A stretch of 64,000 nucleotides of DNA, from NCBI GenBank assembly GCA_945861645.1, contig CAMAVZ010000001.1:64001-128000 (forward strand). Reading direction: 5' to 3'. The notes below the pieces were generated by a model that worked only from the letters and a program-made list of their open reading frames with translations, did not search any database and was not told the origin of the DNA. Made by a program: the position numbers and the translations under genes. Position 1 is the first letter of the stretch; the number at the start of each line of letters is the position of its first letter. Source of the DNA: Opitutus sp. GAS368. Lineage in GTDB: Bacteria; Verrucomicrobiota; Verrucomicrobiia; Opitutales; Opitutaceae. Below are positions 20,112 to 30,168 of the stretch, one piece after another.

Positions 20112-21356
20112 ATGTCGAAATTCAAATCTATCCGTGATCTCACTTTGGCTGGTCAACGCGTGCTGCTACGCGTCGATTTTAATGTGCCGCAGGACAAGGT
20201 CACCGGCGTGATCACGCATAACCAGCGGATCGTCGCTGCCTTGCCTACGATCAAATATGCGCTCGCCCAAGGCGCGGCGGTGGTGTTGATGTCGCATCTG
20301 GGTCGGCCTGACGGGCAAAAAATTGCCAAGTTTTCCCTTCGGCCGATTGCGGTTGAGCTCGAGCGGTTGCTTGGTCAGCCGGTGAAATTTTTGGATGACT
20401 GTGTGGGGCCGGCGATTGAGGCGGCTTGCGCGCGCTTAGTGCCCGGCACGGTGGTGTTATTAGAAAATTTGCGTTTCCACCTCGAAGAAGAGGGTAAGGT
20501 GAAGCTGGCGGATGGGACCACGCAGAAAGCTGAGCCGATCGCGGTGGCGGCCTTCCGCGCCTCGCTGACGAAATTGGGCGACGTATTTGTGAACGATGCT
20601 TTTGGCACCGCGCACCGCGCGCACTCGTCGATGGTCGGGGTGGGTTTGCCTGTGAAAGCGGCCGGCTTCCTGATGGAAGCTGAGCTGAAGGCTTTCGCGG
20701 CCGTCCTTGATCAGCCGCAGCGGCCGCTGCTGGCGATTCTCGGCGGAGCTAAAATTGCCGATAAAATTCCGCTGATTCAAAATCTCATTAAAAAAGCCGA
20801 TGAGATCATCATTGGTGGAGGCATGGCTTACACTTTCAAGAAAGTGACGCAGGGGATGGAAATCGGCACGAGTTTGTTCGATGCCGATGGCGCCAAGTTG
20901 GTGCCCGAGCTCGTTGCGCAGGCCGAGGCGCGCGGCGTAAAATTAATTTTCCCCGTGGACTATATTTGCGCTGATAAATTTGATCCGCAAGCCGCCACCC
21001 AGCCGGCGAGCGATGCCACGGGTATTCCGGTGGGTTGGATGGGGCTCGATGGTGGACCCCAGTCGAGTGTGCTCTATCGCGAGGCGATTTTACGGGCTAA
21101 GACCGTGATCTGGAATGGTCCCTCTGGCGTCTTTGAATTTGAGCAATTTGCTGGCTCAACCAAAGCGATGGCGGCGGCCGTGGCCGAAGCGACCGTTCGC
21201 GGGAGCATCACCGTGATTGGCGGCGGTGATACGGCGACCGCGGCGAAGAAATTTAACATCGCCGATCGCGTGACGCACTGTTCCACCGGCGGCGGCGCGA
21301 GCCTCGAATTCCTCGAAGGCCAAGTATTGCCCGGGGTGGCTTTCTTGGAAAATTAA
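20112..21356 (+). CDS. pgk: Phosphoglycerate kinase
   Basis: [42 protein letters not shown]. Confidence 0.99.
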   Translation: MSKFKSIRDLTLAGQRVLLRVDFNVPQDKVTGVITHNQRIVAALPTIKYALAQGAAVVLMSHLGRPDGQKIAKFSLRPIAVELERLLGQPVKFLDDCVGPAIEAACARLVPGTVVLLENLRFHLEEEGKVKLADGTTQKAEPIAVAAFRASLTKLGDVFVNDAFGTAHRAHSSMVGVGLPVKAAGFLMEAELKAFAAVLDQPQRPLLAILGGAKIADKIPLIQNLIKKADEIIIGGGMAYTFKKVTQGMEIGTSLFDADGAKLVPELVAQAEARGVKLIFPVDYICADKFDPQAATQPASDATGIPVGWMGLDGGPQSSVLYREAILRAKTVIWNGPSGVFEFEQFAGSTKAMAAAVAEATVRGSITVIGGGDTATAAKKFNIADRVTHCSTGGGASLEFLEGQVLPGVAFLEN

Positions 21357-21416
21357 ATTGTAGGAATCAATTTATCCCTGACTGTTAAGGACCGATTAAT
21401 TTAAAACTATTTTTAC

Positions 21417-22181
21417 ATGCATCGCAAAAAACTGATCGCGGGAAATTGGAAGATGAACAAGGCAGCGACTGATGGGGTCGCGTTGACCCGTGAGTTGATC
21501 GCGGCGCTCGGCCGTGAAACCGCCGTCGAGGTCGTGCTGTGTCCACCCTTTACCGCCTTGGAAAGTGTGGGTCGGGCGCTTGAGGGGCATGCGCTTAAGC
21601 TCGGGGCGCAAAATATGCATGCGGAGAAGAGTGGCGCTTTTACCGGAGAAATTTCGGCGGAGATGCTGCGGGGTCTTTTTGTGACCTATGTGATTCTCGG
21701 CCATAGTGAGCGCCGCTCTTACAATGCGGAGACTGATGCCAGTATTAATCAGAAAGTTTTGGCGGCGTTGGCCCATCAATTGAAACCTATTTTGTGTGTC
21801 GGGGAGACGCTGGCTGAGCGCGAATCCGGGGCTACCCTGGCCGTCGTGCAACGGCACGTTGAGCGCGGGTTACAGGGCGTGGCGCCGGAGCAAATGGGTG
21901 CCTGCATTATTGCCTACGAACCAGTCTGGGCGATCGGCACGGGCCAAGTGGCCACCACGGCCCAGGCGCAAGAAGTGCACGCTTTCATTCGCGAGCTGCT
22001 AACCAAGCTTTATGGCGCACCGCTGGCACAGAAGGTCCGCATTCTTTACGGTGGTTCGATGAAGCCCGCCAATGCGCCTGAATTATTGGCCGCGCCGGAT
22101 ATTGATGGCGGCCTAATTGGCGGGGCCGCCTTGGAGGCTAAATTATTTATCGAGCTCGTGCGGGCGGCGGCGGCCCGTTGA
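21417..22181 (+). CDS. tpiA: Triosephosphate isomerase
   Basis: AGNWKMN, GHSERR, AYEPVWAIGTG, YGGS. Confidence 0.99.
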   Translation: MHRKKLIAGNWKMNKAATDGVALTRELIAALGRETAVEVVLCPPFTALESVGRALEGHALKLGAQNMHAEKSGAFTGEISAEMLRGLFVTYVILGHSERRSYNAETDASINQKVLAALAHQLKPILCVGETLAERESGATLAVVQRHVERGLQGVAPEQMGACIIAYEPVWAIGTGQVATTAQAQEVHAFIRELLTKLYGAPLAQKVRILYGGSMKPANAPELLAAPDIDGGLIGGAALEAKLFIELVRAAAAR

Positions 22182-22198
22182 GGCCCCGCTCCTCGGGC

Positions 22199-23080
22199 TC
22201 AATGCGAGCGTGTGCCCAAGTGGGTGGCGAGGGCGGCGAGAAAAGTGGTATCCCCTGCTAATTGACTGAGGGCGGCCAGCGCCGCCTTGGTTTGGCGAGC
22301 GGCGTGCTTGGCTGAGGCTTCTAACCCGTGGATTTTTACGTAGGTTGTTTTGTCCGCCTGCGCATCTTTGCCCGCAGTTTTACCGAGCGTTGCCGTGTCG
22401 GCGGTCGCGTCGAGCATGTCGTCGGTGATTTGAAAAGCCAAGCCGAGGTGTCGGCCGATGATCCGCAAGCGAGCGAGTTGCTGATCGTCCGCACCGCCGC
22501 ACCGCCCGCCCACCACCAGCGCCGCGCTGAGCATCGCGCCGGTCTTGCGGTGATGAATGTATTCTAAGTCAGCGGCCGTCACCTTGGCTTTTTTTTCCGC
22601 TAGGAGATCTTCCATTTGGCCACCAATAAGTTGCTCGCTTCCGGCGGCATCGCCGATTTCGCGCGTCAGGGCGGCGCAGAGAGTTGGGGTGGTGGCGTAG
22701 TGGCGGGGGAGAAGTTGAAAGGCCAAGGTGAGCAGTGCATCGCCGGCGAGAAGGGCGGTGGCTTCGTCGAATTGCTTATGGGCGGTGGGGTGGCCGCGCC
22801 GGAGGTCATCATTATCCATGCACGGCAAGTCATCGTGGATCAGCGAATACGTATGGAGGCATTCGAGTGCGATGGCCGCGGGGAGGGCATCGACCGCCGC
22901 GCCGCATGCGTCGGCGGCGGCCAAAACTAAAACGGGGCGGAGTCGTTTGCCGCCGGCCTGCAAGCTGTAGCGCATCGCCGTATGGAGGCGACTGGGCCGC
23001 GTGGTCGCCGTCGGGACTAAGCAATCGAGACCTTGCTCAATGCGTTCACGATAGTGCTTAAGTTGGCCGTGAAAATCCAT
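22199..23080 (-). CDS. ispA: Polyprenyl (farnesyl/geranylgeranyl) diphosphate synthase
   Basis: GGKRLRP, HDDLPCMDNDDLRRG, KTG, FQITDDMLD. Confidence 0.93.
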   Translation of the reverse strand: MDFHGQLKHYRERIEQGLDCLVPTATTRPSRLHTAMRYSLQAGGKRLRPVLVLAAADACGAAVDALPAAIALECLHTYSLIHDDLPCMDNDDLRRGHPTAHKQFDEATALLAGDALLTLAFQLLPRHYATTPTLCAALTREIGDAAGSEQLIGGQMEDLLAEKKAKVTAADLEYIHHRKTGAMLSAALVVGGRCGGADDQQLARLRIIGRHLGLAFQITDDMLDATADTATLGKTAGKDAQADKTTYVKIHGLEASAKHAARQTKAALAALSQLAGDTTFLAALATHLGTRSH

Positions 23081-23214
23081 CGGGCGGTCAGAATTTATCC
23101 CTGCAGGGAAGTTGGCAAACGGATTCCACCGCGCTCACCAATGCCGCTGCCCTAGGCCCAAGAAAGGCTCGCCAAGCGCGCGGCGCCTAATCATACCCAT
23201 GGTCAATTTTTCGG

Positions 23215-23478
23215 ATGCCCACCTACGAATACATTTGTTCTAAATGCGGCCATGAAATGGAGGCGTTTCAGTCGATGAACGACCAACCGCTCAAGCTTTG
23301 TCCAGCGTGCAAGCGCCGCGTCCTCAAGCGCCAGATCGGCGGCGGTGCGGGCCTGATTTTTAAAGGCACGGGCTTTTACACTACTGATTATAAGAAAAAA
23401 TCTGGCGATAAAAGCGAGAGTACCTCAGCCGCGCCAGCTACCACCAGTCAACCGGCGGCTTCGGTCGCGAAAAAATAA
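23215..23478 (+). CDS. FmdB-family zinc-ribbon protein
   Basis: MPTYEYICxxC..CPAC..FKGTGFYTTDY. Confidence 0.9.
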   Translation: MPTYEYICSKCGHEMEAFQSMNDQPLKLCPACKRRVLKRQIGGGAGLIFKGTGFYTTDYKKKSGDKSESTSAAPATTSQPAASVAKK

Positions 23479-23492
23479 CCTCCCTACTACCT

Positions 23493-24311
23493 ATGAGCTT
23501 TAATAAAATTGATGGAGCACTGTATGGTCCGAGCACCCTCGAGGTCGCTCTCGGTGCGGCCTTAGGTCTTGCACTGGGTGCGGTGGTGGCGGCGACTTAT
23601 TTAGTGCTCAAGCCGGTGATCGTAGTAACCCAAATGCCCAAGGAGATGTCTCTGACTTCCGTTTATTATCAACCGGGTTCGGCGAACAAAGCCAAGAGCA
23701 CGGATTGGCCGGCGAAGCAAAATCAATTTATTGCTGGAACGACGGTGCAAGTGACGGAAGATGAATTAAACGCTTGGTCCTTGGCTGGGGGTACGCCGCC
23801 GCGGAACGCGATGGCGAGGTCGATTATCGCACCATCGATAAAATTAGCTGAGAAATCAAAATTTGCTGAGGTACCCGATAAAACTAAGCCTAGCGCGAAG
23901 GCTAAACCAGTGGAGGCGGGCCAAGCTTCAGGGGGACCCCAGCCGGCTACGGCGACCAAGATGGAGTTGCCGGTTACTGATACCTTCCTGACCACAAAGG
24001 TTTCAAATTTTCGTATCGTGGGTGATGCGCTCCAGATTGGCTGGCATTGTACTTTGAATGTATTTGGCCTCACGCGCGAGGTTGCCCTGGTGGCGACGGG
24101 GCATTTTGAGACCTCGGGGGCTCAAGTGAGCTTCGTTCCGGACAAAGTCTTTTTAGGTTCCTGCCCGCTGCATTGGCTGCCCATGGCCTCCAGCCAATTG
24201 CTGGCTTACGTTTTCAAAAATCAAAAGACGCCCGATAATATTCGCCTTGCCTGGGCTAAGTGCACCGCGGTGCAGGTTGTCGATGGTGGATTAAGGTTGA
24301 TCTTGCCTTAA
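23493..24311 (+). CDS. Hypothetical membrane-anchored protein
   Basis: 272-aa ORF co-oriented between the FmdB gene and murJ; single N-terminal TM. Confidence 0.7.
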   Translation: MSFNKIDGALYGPSTLEVALGAALGLALGAVVAATYLVLKPVIVVTQMPKEMSLTSVYYQPGSANKAKSTDWPAKQNQFIAGTTVQVTEDELNAWSLAGGTPPRNAMARSIIAPSIKLAEKSKFAEVPDKTKPSAKAKPVEAGQASGGPQPATATKMELPVTDTFLTTKVSNFRIVGDALQIGWHCTLNVFGLTREVALVATGHFETSGAQVSFVPDKVFLGSCPLHWLPMASSQLLAYVFKNQKTPDNIRLAWAKCTAVQVVDGGLRLILP

Positions 24312-24338
24312 GGCTTCGCGCGTTTTTTTGCCCGCGCT

Positions 24339-25922
24339 GTGTCGAAGCACTTAAAAAACATCAGCGTTATCGCGACAGCTACGGTGGTGTCGCGGGTGTT
24401 GGGCTTAGGGCGAGAAATGATGATTGCGGCGGTGTTCGGTACGAGCGCGCTGAGCTCTGCATTTGTTTCGGCTTTTACCTTACCCAATCTTTTTCGTCGC
24501 TTACTCGGGGAAGGGGCGCTCACGGCGGCGTTTGTGCCGACCTTAAGCCAAGAATTGGAACACTCTCAGCGAGCTGGGGCTTTCACTCTCGTCAGTAAGG
24601 TGACGAGTTGGCTGTTAGTGGTGACGGCGGGCGTGGTGGCCTTGGCGATGCTGGGATTAGCCAATGCCGGTTTATTTTTGCGGCTGCTGGGTCCGCTTGG
24701 GTTGTCCTCGGCGACGGCGCAGCGTTTATTGTTAGGCGCTGATCTCGCGGTTTTTTTATTCCCCTACTTGGTGCTGGTTTGTCTCGCGGCGGCCTTCAGC
24801 GCCGCTTGCCAGGTGCTGGGGCGATTTACTGAGCCCGCGCTCTCCTCCATTTGGTTGAATCTGGCGATCATGGGGGCGCTGGGTTTGGGGGGCTGGTGGG
24901 CTTGGGGCGATGCGGCGCGAATTAATTTACTCTGCGGTGGGGTGCTTGTCGGGGGATTTTTTCAAATGGCGGTGCCCGCTTTAGTTCTTTGGCAAGAGGG
25001 CTGGCGCCCCCGTTTTGATTTGCGGCCGGATGATCGCGTGCGGGCAATTGTGCGGTTGATGGGGCCGACGGTAATTGGCTCCGCCATTTATCTGATCAAT
25101 ATTTCAGTTTCCCGCTTCATCGGGCTGTCCCTCAATGATCAGGCGGCCGCCGTGCTTAATTGGGCAACGCGGGTGATGGAGTTGCCCCTTGGGGTCTTTA
25201 CGGCGGCGATTACGACCGTGATTTTTCCCCTGATTGCCCGCCATGCGGCGCGAGCTGACTGGGATAAATTAGGGGAAGATTATCACAAAGGCCTGCGATT
25301 GGTATTGGTCCTGAACGTGCCGGCGGCAATTGGGCTCGCCTTGTTGAGCCAGCCGATCGTGCGATTATTATTTCAGCGGGGAGCTTTTCAGTCGAGCGAT
25401 ACGGCTTTGATGGCCCCCCTATTGGCGGTGTATGCGCTCGGTTTGCCGTTTTTAGCTTTCACCACCGTGGCGCTGCGGGGCTTTTATGCCTTGCAGGATA
25501 TGGCCACGCCCGTGCGCGCGGCCTTATTAAGTTTTGTGGTTAATTTTATTTTGAGCATCGCGCTCATGGCGTGGCTTTCAACGGTGGGACTGGCATTGGC
25601 CAGCACCTTGGCGGTCGTGGCGCAGGCGTGGTTTTTGCAATCTCGGCTCACGCGCCAGCTGGCCGGGCTGGGGTTTGCGCCCTTGCTGCCTAATTTATTT
25701 AAAATCGCGATTGCCAGTGGCTTGATGGGCGTCGTCGTGTGGGGCGGTCTGCGCGCGCTGGCGGCACTCGCGCTTTCGAGCCAGCGTCACGATTGGCTGG
25801 TGGTGGGCGGTTTAATTCCTGTCGCCGGGCTCGTTTACGGCGCGCTCCTTTGGCTGTTCAAAATCGAAGGTCGGGCTGAGCTCGCGGCGCTGCTGGCCAA
25901 GGTCAGAGCTAAATTTGCGTGA
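24339..25922 (+). CDS. murJ: Lipid II flippase MurJ (MviN)
   Basis: SRVLGLGRE, PNLFRRLLGEGAL..AFVP, ELPLGV, FQRGAF; GTG start. Confidence 0.95.
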   Translation: MSKHLKNISVIATATVVSRVLGLGREMMIAAVFGTSALSSAFVSAFTLPNLFRRLLGEGALTAAFVPTLSQELEHSQRAGAFTLVSKVTSWLLVVTAGVVALAMLGLANAGLFLRLLGPLGLSSATAQRLLLGADLAVFLFPYLVLVCLAAAFSAACQVLGRFTEPALSSIWLNLAIMGALGLGGWWAWGDAARINLLCGGVLVGGFFQMAVPALVLWQEGWRPRFDLRPDDRVRAIVRLMGPTVIGSAIYLINISVSRFIGLSLNDQAAAVLNWATRVMELPLGVFTAAITTVIFPLIARHAARADWDKLGEDYHKGLRLVLVLNVPAAIGLALLSQPIVRLLFQRGAFQSSDTALMAPLLAVYALGLPFLAFTTVALRGFYALQDMATPVRAALLSFVVNFILSIALMAWLSTVGLALASTLAVVAQAWFLQSRLTRQLAGLGFAPLLPNLFKIAIASGLMGVVVWGGLRALAALALSSQRHDWLVVGGLIPVAGLVYGALLWLFKIEGRAELAALLAKVRAKFA

Positions 25923-25982
25923 GGGGCCGTGCTGGTTAAGCTTGGCCAGAAAATTAAACCTGCCGTCGGTCTATTTTAAATT

Positions 25983-26264
25983 ATGCCTATGCCTGAAATT
26001 CTGCACCATGTCGCGGCGCACCGCTACGCAGTAACCGTTGATGGTCACTGGGCGGTTTGTGACTACCTGCTTACGGACGGGCGGATGATCTTCACGCATA
26101 CGCTGGTTCCACCTGAATTGCGGGGGCAGGGTCGGGCGGAGCAACTCGTGCGTCGGGGATTGGCTGATGCCCGTGCGGCTGGTCGCCAAGTCGTGCCCGC
26201 TTGCTCTTACGTGGCAAAATTTATCAAAAGGAATGCGGAATTTCAGGATCTCCTAGCCGGCTAG
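25983..26264 (+). CDS. Small GNAT-family acetyltransferase (YjdJ-like)
   Basis: FTHTLVP..LRGQG, VPACSYV. Confidence 0.88.
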   Translation: MPMPEILHHVAAHRYAVTVDGHWAVCDYLLTDGRMIFTHTLVPPELRGQGRAEQLVRRGLADARAAGRQVVPACSYVAKFIKRNAEFQDLLAG

Positions 26265-26329
26265 GATGGAACATATTGTCTCCCGGCAGTTGGTTGTGCG
26301 GTCAAGCGGTGCACGGTTTTGAGTGGGCA

Positions 26330-26360
26330 CAAAAAAACCCGCAGCCATGAGCCGCGGGTT
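26330..26360 (-). terminator. Intrinsic terminator of rpmB
   Basis: Minus strand: AACCCGCGGC-TCATG-GCTGCGGGTT followed by a T-run. Confidence 0.8.
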
Positions 26361-26376
26361 GAAGAGGTGAAGGAGC

Positions 26377-26607
26377 TTAGGCCTTCTGCACGAGTCCGGC
26401 CTTGATGGCCTTGACTGAGACCCACATGCGTTTGGTGCCACCGTTGGGCAGCTTGATCTTGATCCACTGCAGATTGGGGCGAAACAGCCGCGTCGTCAGG
26501 CTGGTGACGTGCGTGCCGATGCCTCCGCTCTTCTTGGATTGGCCTTTACGGTTAATAATTCTGCCCTTGGTGGGGCGTCTGCCGGTGATTGCGCAAATTC
26601 GTGCCAT
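26377..26607 (-). CDS. rpmB: 50S ribosomal protein L28
   Basis: MARICAITG..KKSGGIG..R.FRPNLQ. Confidence 0.95.
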   Translation of the reverse strand: MARICAITGRRPTKGRIINRKGQSKKSGGIGTHVTSLTTRLFRPNLQWIKIKLPNGGTKRMWVSVKAIKAGLVQKA

Positions 26608-26693
26608 GGTGTTGCTTGAGTTAAAGGGTCGGAAGTAAAGGATCGTCCGACCGCTTAGCAAGGGCAATTTTGGTTTTCGGCCCTGGCGCAGCT

Positions 26694-27680
26694 TTATTTA
26701 CGTAAAGCATAGAGGGCCTGAAACTTCTGGCCCATGTTGGCGGGGTGCATCAGCTGCATCAGCATGCGCTTTCTCGGACTGAAACTGCTCGTCTCGGTGG
26801 TGGTTATGTGAGCGAGCACCTTGGCGGCATGGGCCATGAAAAAACTTTCTTGGGAGTCGACGCGAGTTTCCCCGAAACCGGCGCGGACTAGGCCATCTTC
26901 GAGCCAATCCCAGCAAATATGACAGGTGAGATCTTGTTTGCCAGGCCGCGCGAGGAGGTCGTTGCCCATTTTTTGGCGGTGGTAGGTGCGGCCGGTGCCG
27001 CTGGGGAGGTGTTCCGCGAGCTCAGGCCAGAATTTCCCGTAATCGAAGGCGATGAATAGCCCCTTCCAGTTGGGTCCAATGATGCGCTCTAAGATCGGAA
27101 TAGTGCGCAGGGGCATATCGATGTGATAATTTTCCTCCGACTGTTTGGGGAGACGGTCGGTGTGGGCCGCGAGTTCAGGGGTTAATTCCGGTAACTCCAC
27201 TTCCCGCAAGGTGCGGCCCGCTAAGGCGACGCCTAGCTCGCGCCAGCGCCCTTGGCGCCAGACAACCCGGTGAAAGGGTTGGGCATCGAAGAGTTCATTG
27301 GAAAAAACCACCGCGTTGGGCGGGAGGACAAAGGGCTGGCCGAGGGCAATGATCTGATAACTGCCAAAGGGGTGGGCGAGGTTCCGTAAAATGCCGCCGC
27401 CGGGTTCGGCGCCGATCTCAACAAACACAAAATCTGCCGGCTGGGCGGGGGCCAGCAGCTTAACGACCGCGGCGATCACGAGCTCGCCAAAGATCGGACT
27501 AAAGGTTGTAGAGGTGAAGAAATCCGCTTTGTCATCGCGGCCGACGCGCTTGAAGTTACGGGTGTAATAGCCCGCGGTCGGGTGATACATGGCCAGCTCC
27601 ATGAAGCGGGCAAAAGACACGCCAGTGGCCGCCGTTGGCTCAGTAGCAAAGATTTCAAAAAAGTCGGAGGAGGAACCCAT
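26694..27680 (-). CDS. SAM-dependent methyltransferase, MidA/NDUFAF7 family
   Basis: FARFMELAMY..GYY, DFFTS, EIGA, SNELFDA, DYG, DLTCH. Confidence 0.88.
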   Translation of the reverse strand: MGSSSDFFEIFATEPTAATGVSFARFMELAMYHPTAGYYTRNFKRVGRDDKADFFTSTTFSPIFGELVIAAVVKLLAPAQPADFVFVEIGAEPGGGILRNLAHPFGSYQIIALGQPFVLPPNAVVFSNELFDAQPFHRVVWRQGRWRELGVALAGRTLREVELPELTPELAAHTDRLPKQSEENYHIDMPLRTIPILERIIGPNWKGLFIAFDYGKFWPELAEHLPSGTGRTYHRQKMGNDLLARPGKQDLTCHICWDWLEDGLVRAGFGETRVDSQESFFMAHAAKVLAHITTTETSSFSPRKRMLMQLMHPANMGQKFQALYALRK

Positions 27681-27778
27681 TTGCCAATAGAGGCAAATGT
27701 GCCCACTGAAAGCCATGACCAAACTATTTTTCGCGCAATTGCGGTCTGGGGCTAATCCCTGACCCGCCGTCCCCTGTT

Positions 27779-29038
27779 ATGTTTAAACGTATATTCTTCC
27801 TCGGGGCAGCAGTTTTGGCCAGTTATGGCCTCGGCCAATACGTGGCACACTCCGGGGCGCCCAGTTGGTGGCCGGACCGCACGCGGGACCAAAGCGTGCG
27901 CTATTATCGGGAGGTGATACAATTAGTGCAGGCAGGTTACGTGGGGCAGGCGCCTGCCGACTACGAGGAGCTCACCCGGGCAGCCCTTGAGGGCATGGTC
28001 AAGACTCTCGACCCGCATTCGCAATTTCTGCGGGCTGATGCTTTTCAGGAAACCGAGGATGAGTTAACGAATGCATTTGGTGGGGTGGGCATTCAGGTGG
28101 AACAGCGGGATGGGCAAATCGTCATTGTCACGCCAATCGCGGGCACGCCGGCTGAACGCGCGGGGATGTGGCGCGGGGATCGCCTGCTGCAAATTAATGG
28201 GGCCGTCTTAAAAAATCCGACGGTGGATAAAATTATCAAGCTGGTGCGCGGTGCACCCGAGACCGAGGTGGCCTTGACCGTTTTTCGCCCCAGTCAAAAT
28301 CGCAGTCTGGAATTTAAGCTCAAGCGGGAGCGCATTCAGCTCAATAGCGTCCGCAACGCCGCTCATCACGCCGGCGGGATTGGCTATCTAGCGATTACCC
28401 AATTTAGCGAACGCACGGGCGATGAATTCAAGGCGGCGTTGACGGGCCTCGAGGCTGTGGGCTTACGGGCTTTGGTGATCGACCTACGCAATAATCCCGG
28501 CGGCTTGCTCGATGCGGCCATCGCCGTCTGCAACGAGTTTTTTGAACGCGATGAGCTCATCGTTTATACGCAAGGGCGCACGCCGGAGTCGCGGGAGAAT
28601 TTTAAAGCGGATGGTCGGCACGTGCGCCGGACTTATCCCATGGCGATTCTCGTCAACGGCGACACGGCCAGCGCTGCCGAGATTGTTGCGGGGGCCATGA
28701 AAGATACGCGGCGAGCGTTCATTGTGGGCGAGAAAACCTTTGGTAAGGGTTCAGTCCAAAGTGTGATACCGTTGCGCCAGGGCGAAGGGTTGCGGCTGAC
28801 GACAGCGCGTTATTATACGCCGAGTGGCATTACGATTCATGAGCGCGGCATTACCCCGCAGGTCGAACTGGAAATTTCCGCGGAAGATGAAGCCAAGTTG
28901 CGCGTGCAACACACGCGACTTGATCTGACGGCGGCCGCGGAATTTCATGAGCGGTTGGGCTTTGCGCGCATCGAGGATTGGCAACTCAACGCGGCGGAGG
29001 AAGTGCTGGCGGGGGTGCTCGTGGCGCAGAAAAAATGA
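27779..29038 (+). CDS. C-terminal processing protease (S41A) with PDZ domain
   Basis: LDPHS, PDZ loop GGVGI, DLRNNPGG, TASAAEI, TFGKGSVQ, TTARYYTPSG. Confidence 0.93.
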   Translation: MFKRIFFLGAAVLASYGLGQYVAHSGAPSWWPDRTRDQSVRYYREVIQLVQAGYVGQAPADYEELTRAALEGMVKTLDPHSQFLRADAFQETEDELTNAFGGVGIQVEQRDGQIVIVTPIAGTPAERAGMWRGDRLLQINGAVLKNPTVDKIIKLVRGAPETEVALTVFRPSQNRSLEFKLKRERIQLNSVRNAAHHAGGIGYLAITQFSERTGDEFKAALTGLEAVGLRALVIDLRNNPGGLLDAAIAVCNEFFERDELIVYTQGRTPESRENFKADGRHVRRTYPMAILVNGDTASAAEIVAGAMKDTRRAFIVGEKTFGKGSVQSVIPLRQGEGLRLTTARYYTPSGITIHERGITPQVELEISAEDEAKLRVQHTRLDLTAAAEFHERLGFARIEDWQLNAAEEVLAGVLVAQKK

Positions 29039-29112
29039 TCAGCTTGTACTCATTCTGCCGCGGAGTGGGCTTGCGCGCCTCGCCTCGTCTCCACCAAATT
29101 AACGACTAATCG

Positions 29113-30153
29113 ATGATTCTGGCGTTTGAAAGTTCCTGCGATGAGACCGCCGTTGCCTTGTTTGATCCGGGCTACGGCTTGGTGGGCGAGTGGGTGCATA
29201 GTCAAATCACATTGCATGAAATTTATGGTGGCGTGGTCCCCGAGCTCGCCAGTCGTGAACATTTGCAGAATTTTGGTCCGCTGTTGCAGTTGGCGCTTGC
29301 GCAGCAGCCGGCCTCGGCCGTTACCAAAATTGCCGTAACCGCCGGTCCTGGGTTAGCCGCGTGCCTTGCGATGGGTTTAGCCACCGCTAAAAGTCTTGGC
29401 CTGGCTTGGCAGATTCCCGTGGTGGGGGTGAATCACCTCCGGGCTCATGCCTTTTCGCCCTTCTTGGCTTTGCACGCCGCGCACCCCACCACGTTTGACT
29501 CCGAGTTGGCTCGCTTGCTCCCGCAGCTGGGTTTGCTGGTGTCTGGGGGTAATACAATTTTACTTTCCATCGATGAATCGCGGCGGATTAAATTATTAGC
29601 GACCACGCTGGATGATGCCGCGGGTGAAGCGCTGGATAAAGGCGCTAAACTCATGGGGCTCGGCTATCCGGGTGGACCCCAAGTAGAAAAATTGGCGGCG
29701 ACTGGGCAGGCAACGGCCTTTGAATTTCCCAAGGCGGTGGCGCAAAATGCTTCGCTGGAATTTAGTTTTTCCGGACTCAAGACGAGCCTGCGTTATCAAT
29801 TAGAAAAAATGCCCCCGGCCACCATTGAGCAACGGCGGCCTGATCTTTGTGCGAGTTATCAGCGGGCGGTTTTTGAGTCGCTGGTACGCAAGTCTCGGCT
29901 GGCGCTAGCGCGGGGTGCCTATCGCAGCTTTGGTTTGTCCGGGGGCGTGGCGAACAATCAGACGCTGCAGGCAGAATTGGGCAAGTTAGCGCGACAGCAG
30001 GGCGTCACTTTTTGCCGTGCCCAACCACCGCACACGGGCGATAATGCCGGCATGATCGCCTTCGCCGCTTGGGTGGAGCGGGAGGTCGGGGGGCTTAATG
30101 TATCCGGCCATGCGCTGGGCATTAACCCAAGCCAATCGCTCGTCGTGAAATAA
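29113..30153 (+). CDS. tsaD: tRNA t6A threonylcarbamoyltransferase
   Basis: ESSCDET, GGVVPELASR, HLRAH, DDAAGEALDK, FSFSGLKT, DNAGMI. Confidence 0.95.
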   Translation: MILAFESSCDETAVALFDPGYGLVGEWVHSQITLHEIYGGVVPELASREHLQNFGPLLQLALAQQPASAVTKIAVTAGPGLAACLAMGLATAKSLGLAWQIPVVGVNHLRAHAFSPFLALHAAHPTTFDSELARLLPQLGLLVSGGNTILLSIDESRRIKLLATTLDDAAGEALDKGAKLMGLGYPGGPQVEKLAATGQATAFEFPKAVAQNASLEFSFSGLKTSLRYQLEKMPPATIEQRRPDLCASYQRAVFESLVRKSRLALARGAYRSFGLSGGVANNQTLQAELGKLARQQGVTFCRAQPPHTGDNAGMIAFAAWVEREVGGLNVSGHALGINPSQSLVVK

Positions 30154-30168
30154 AAAGCGCGCCGCGTT

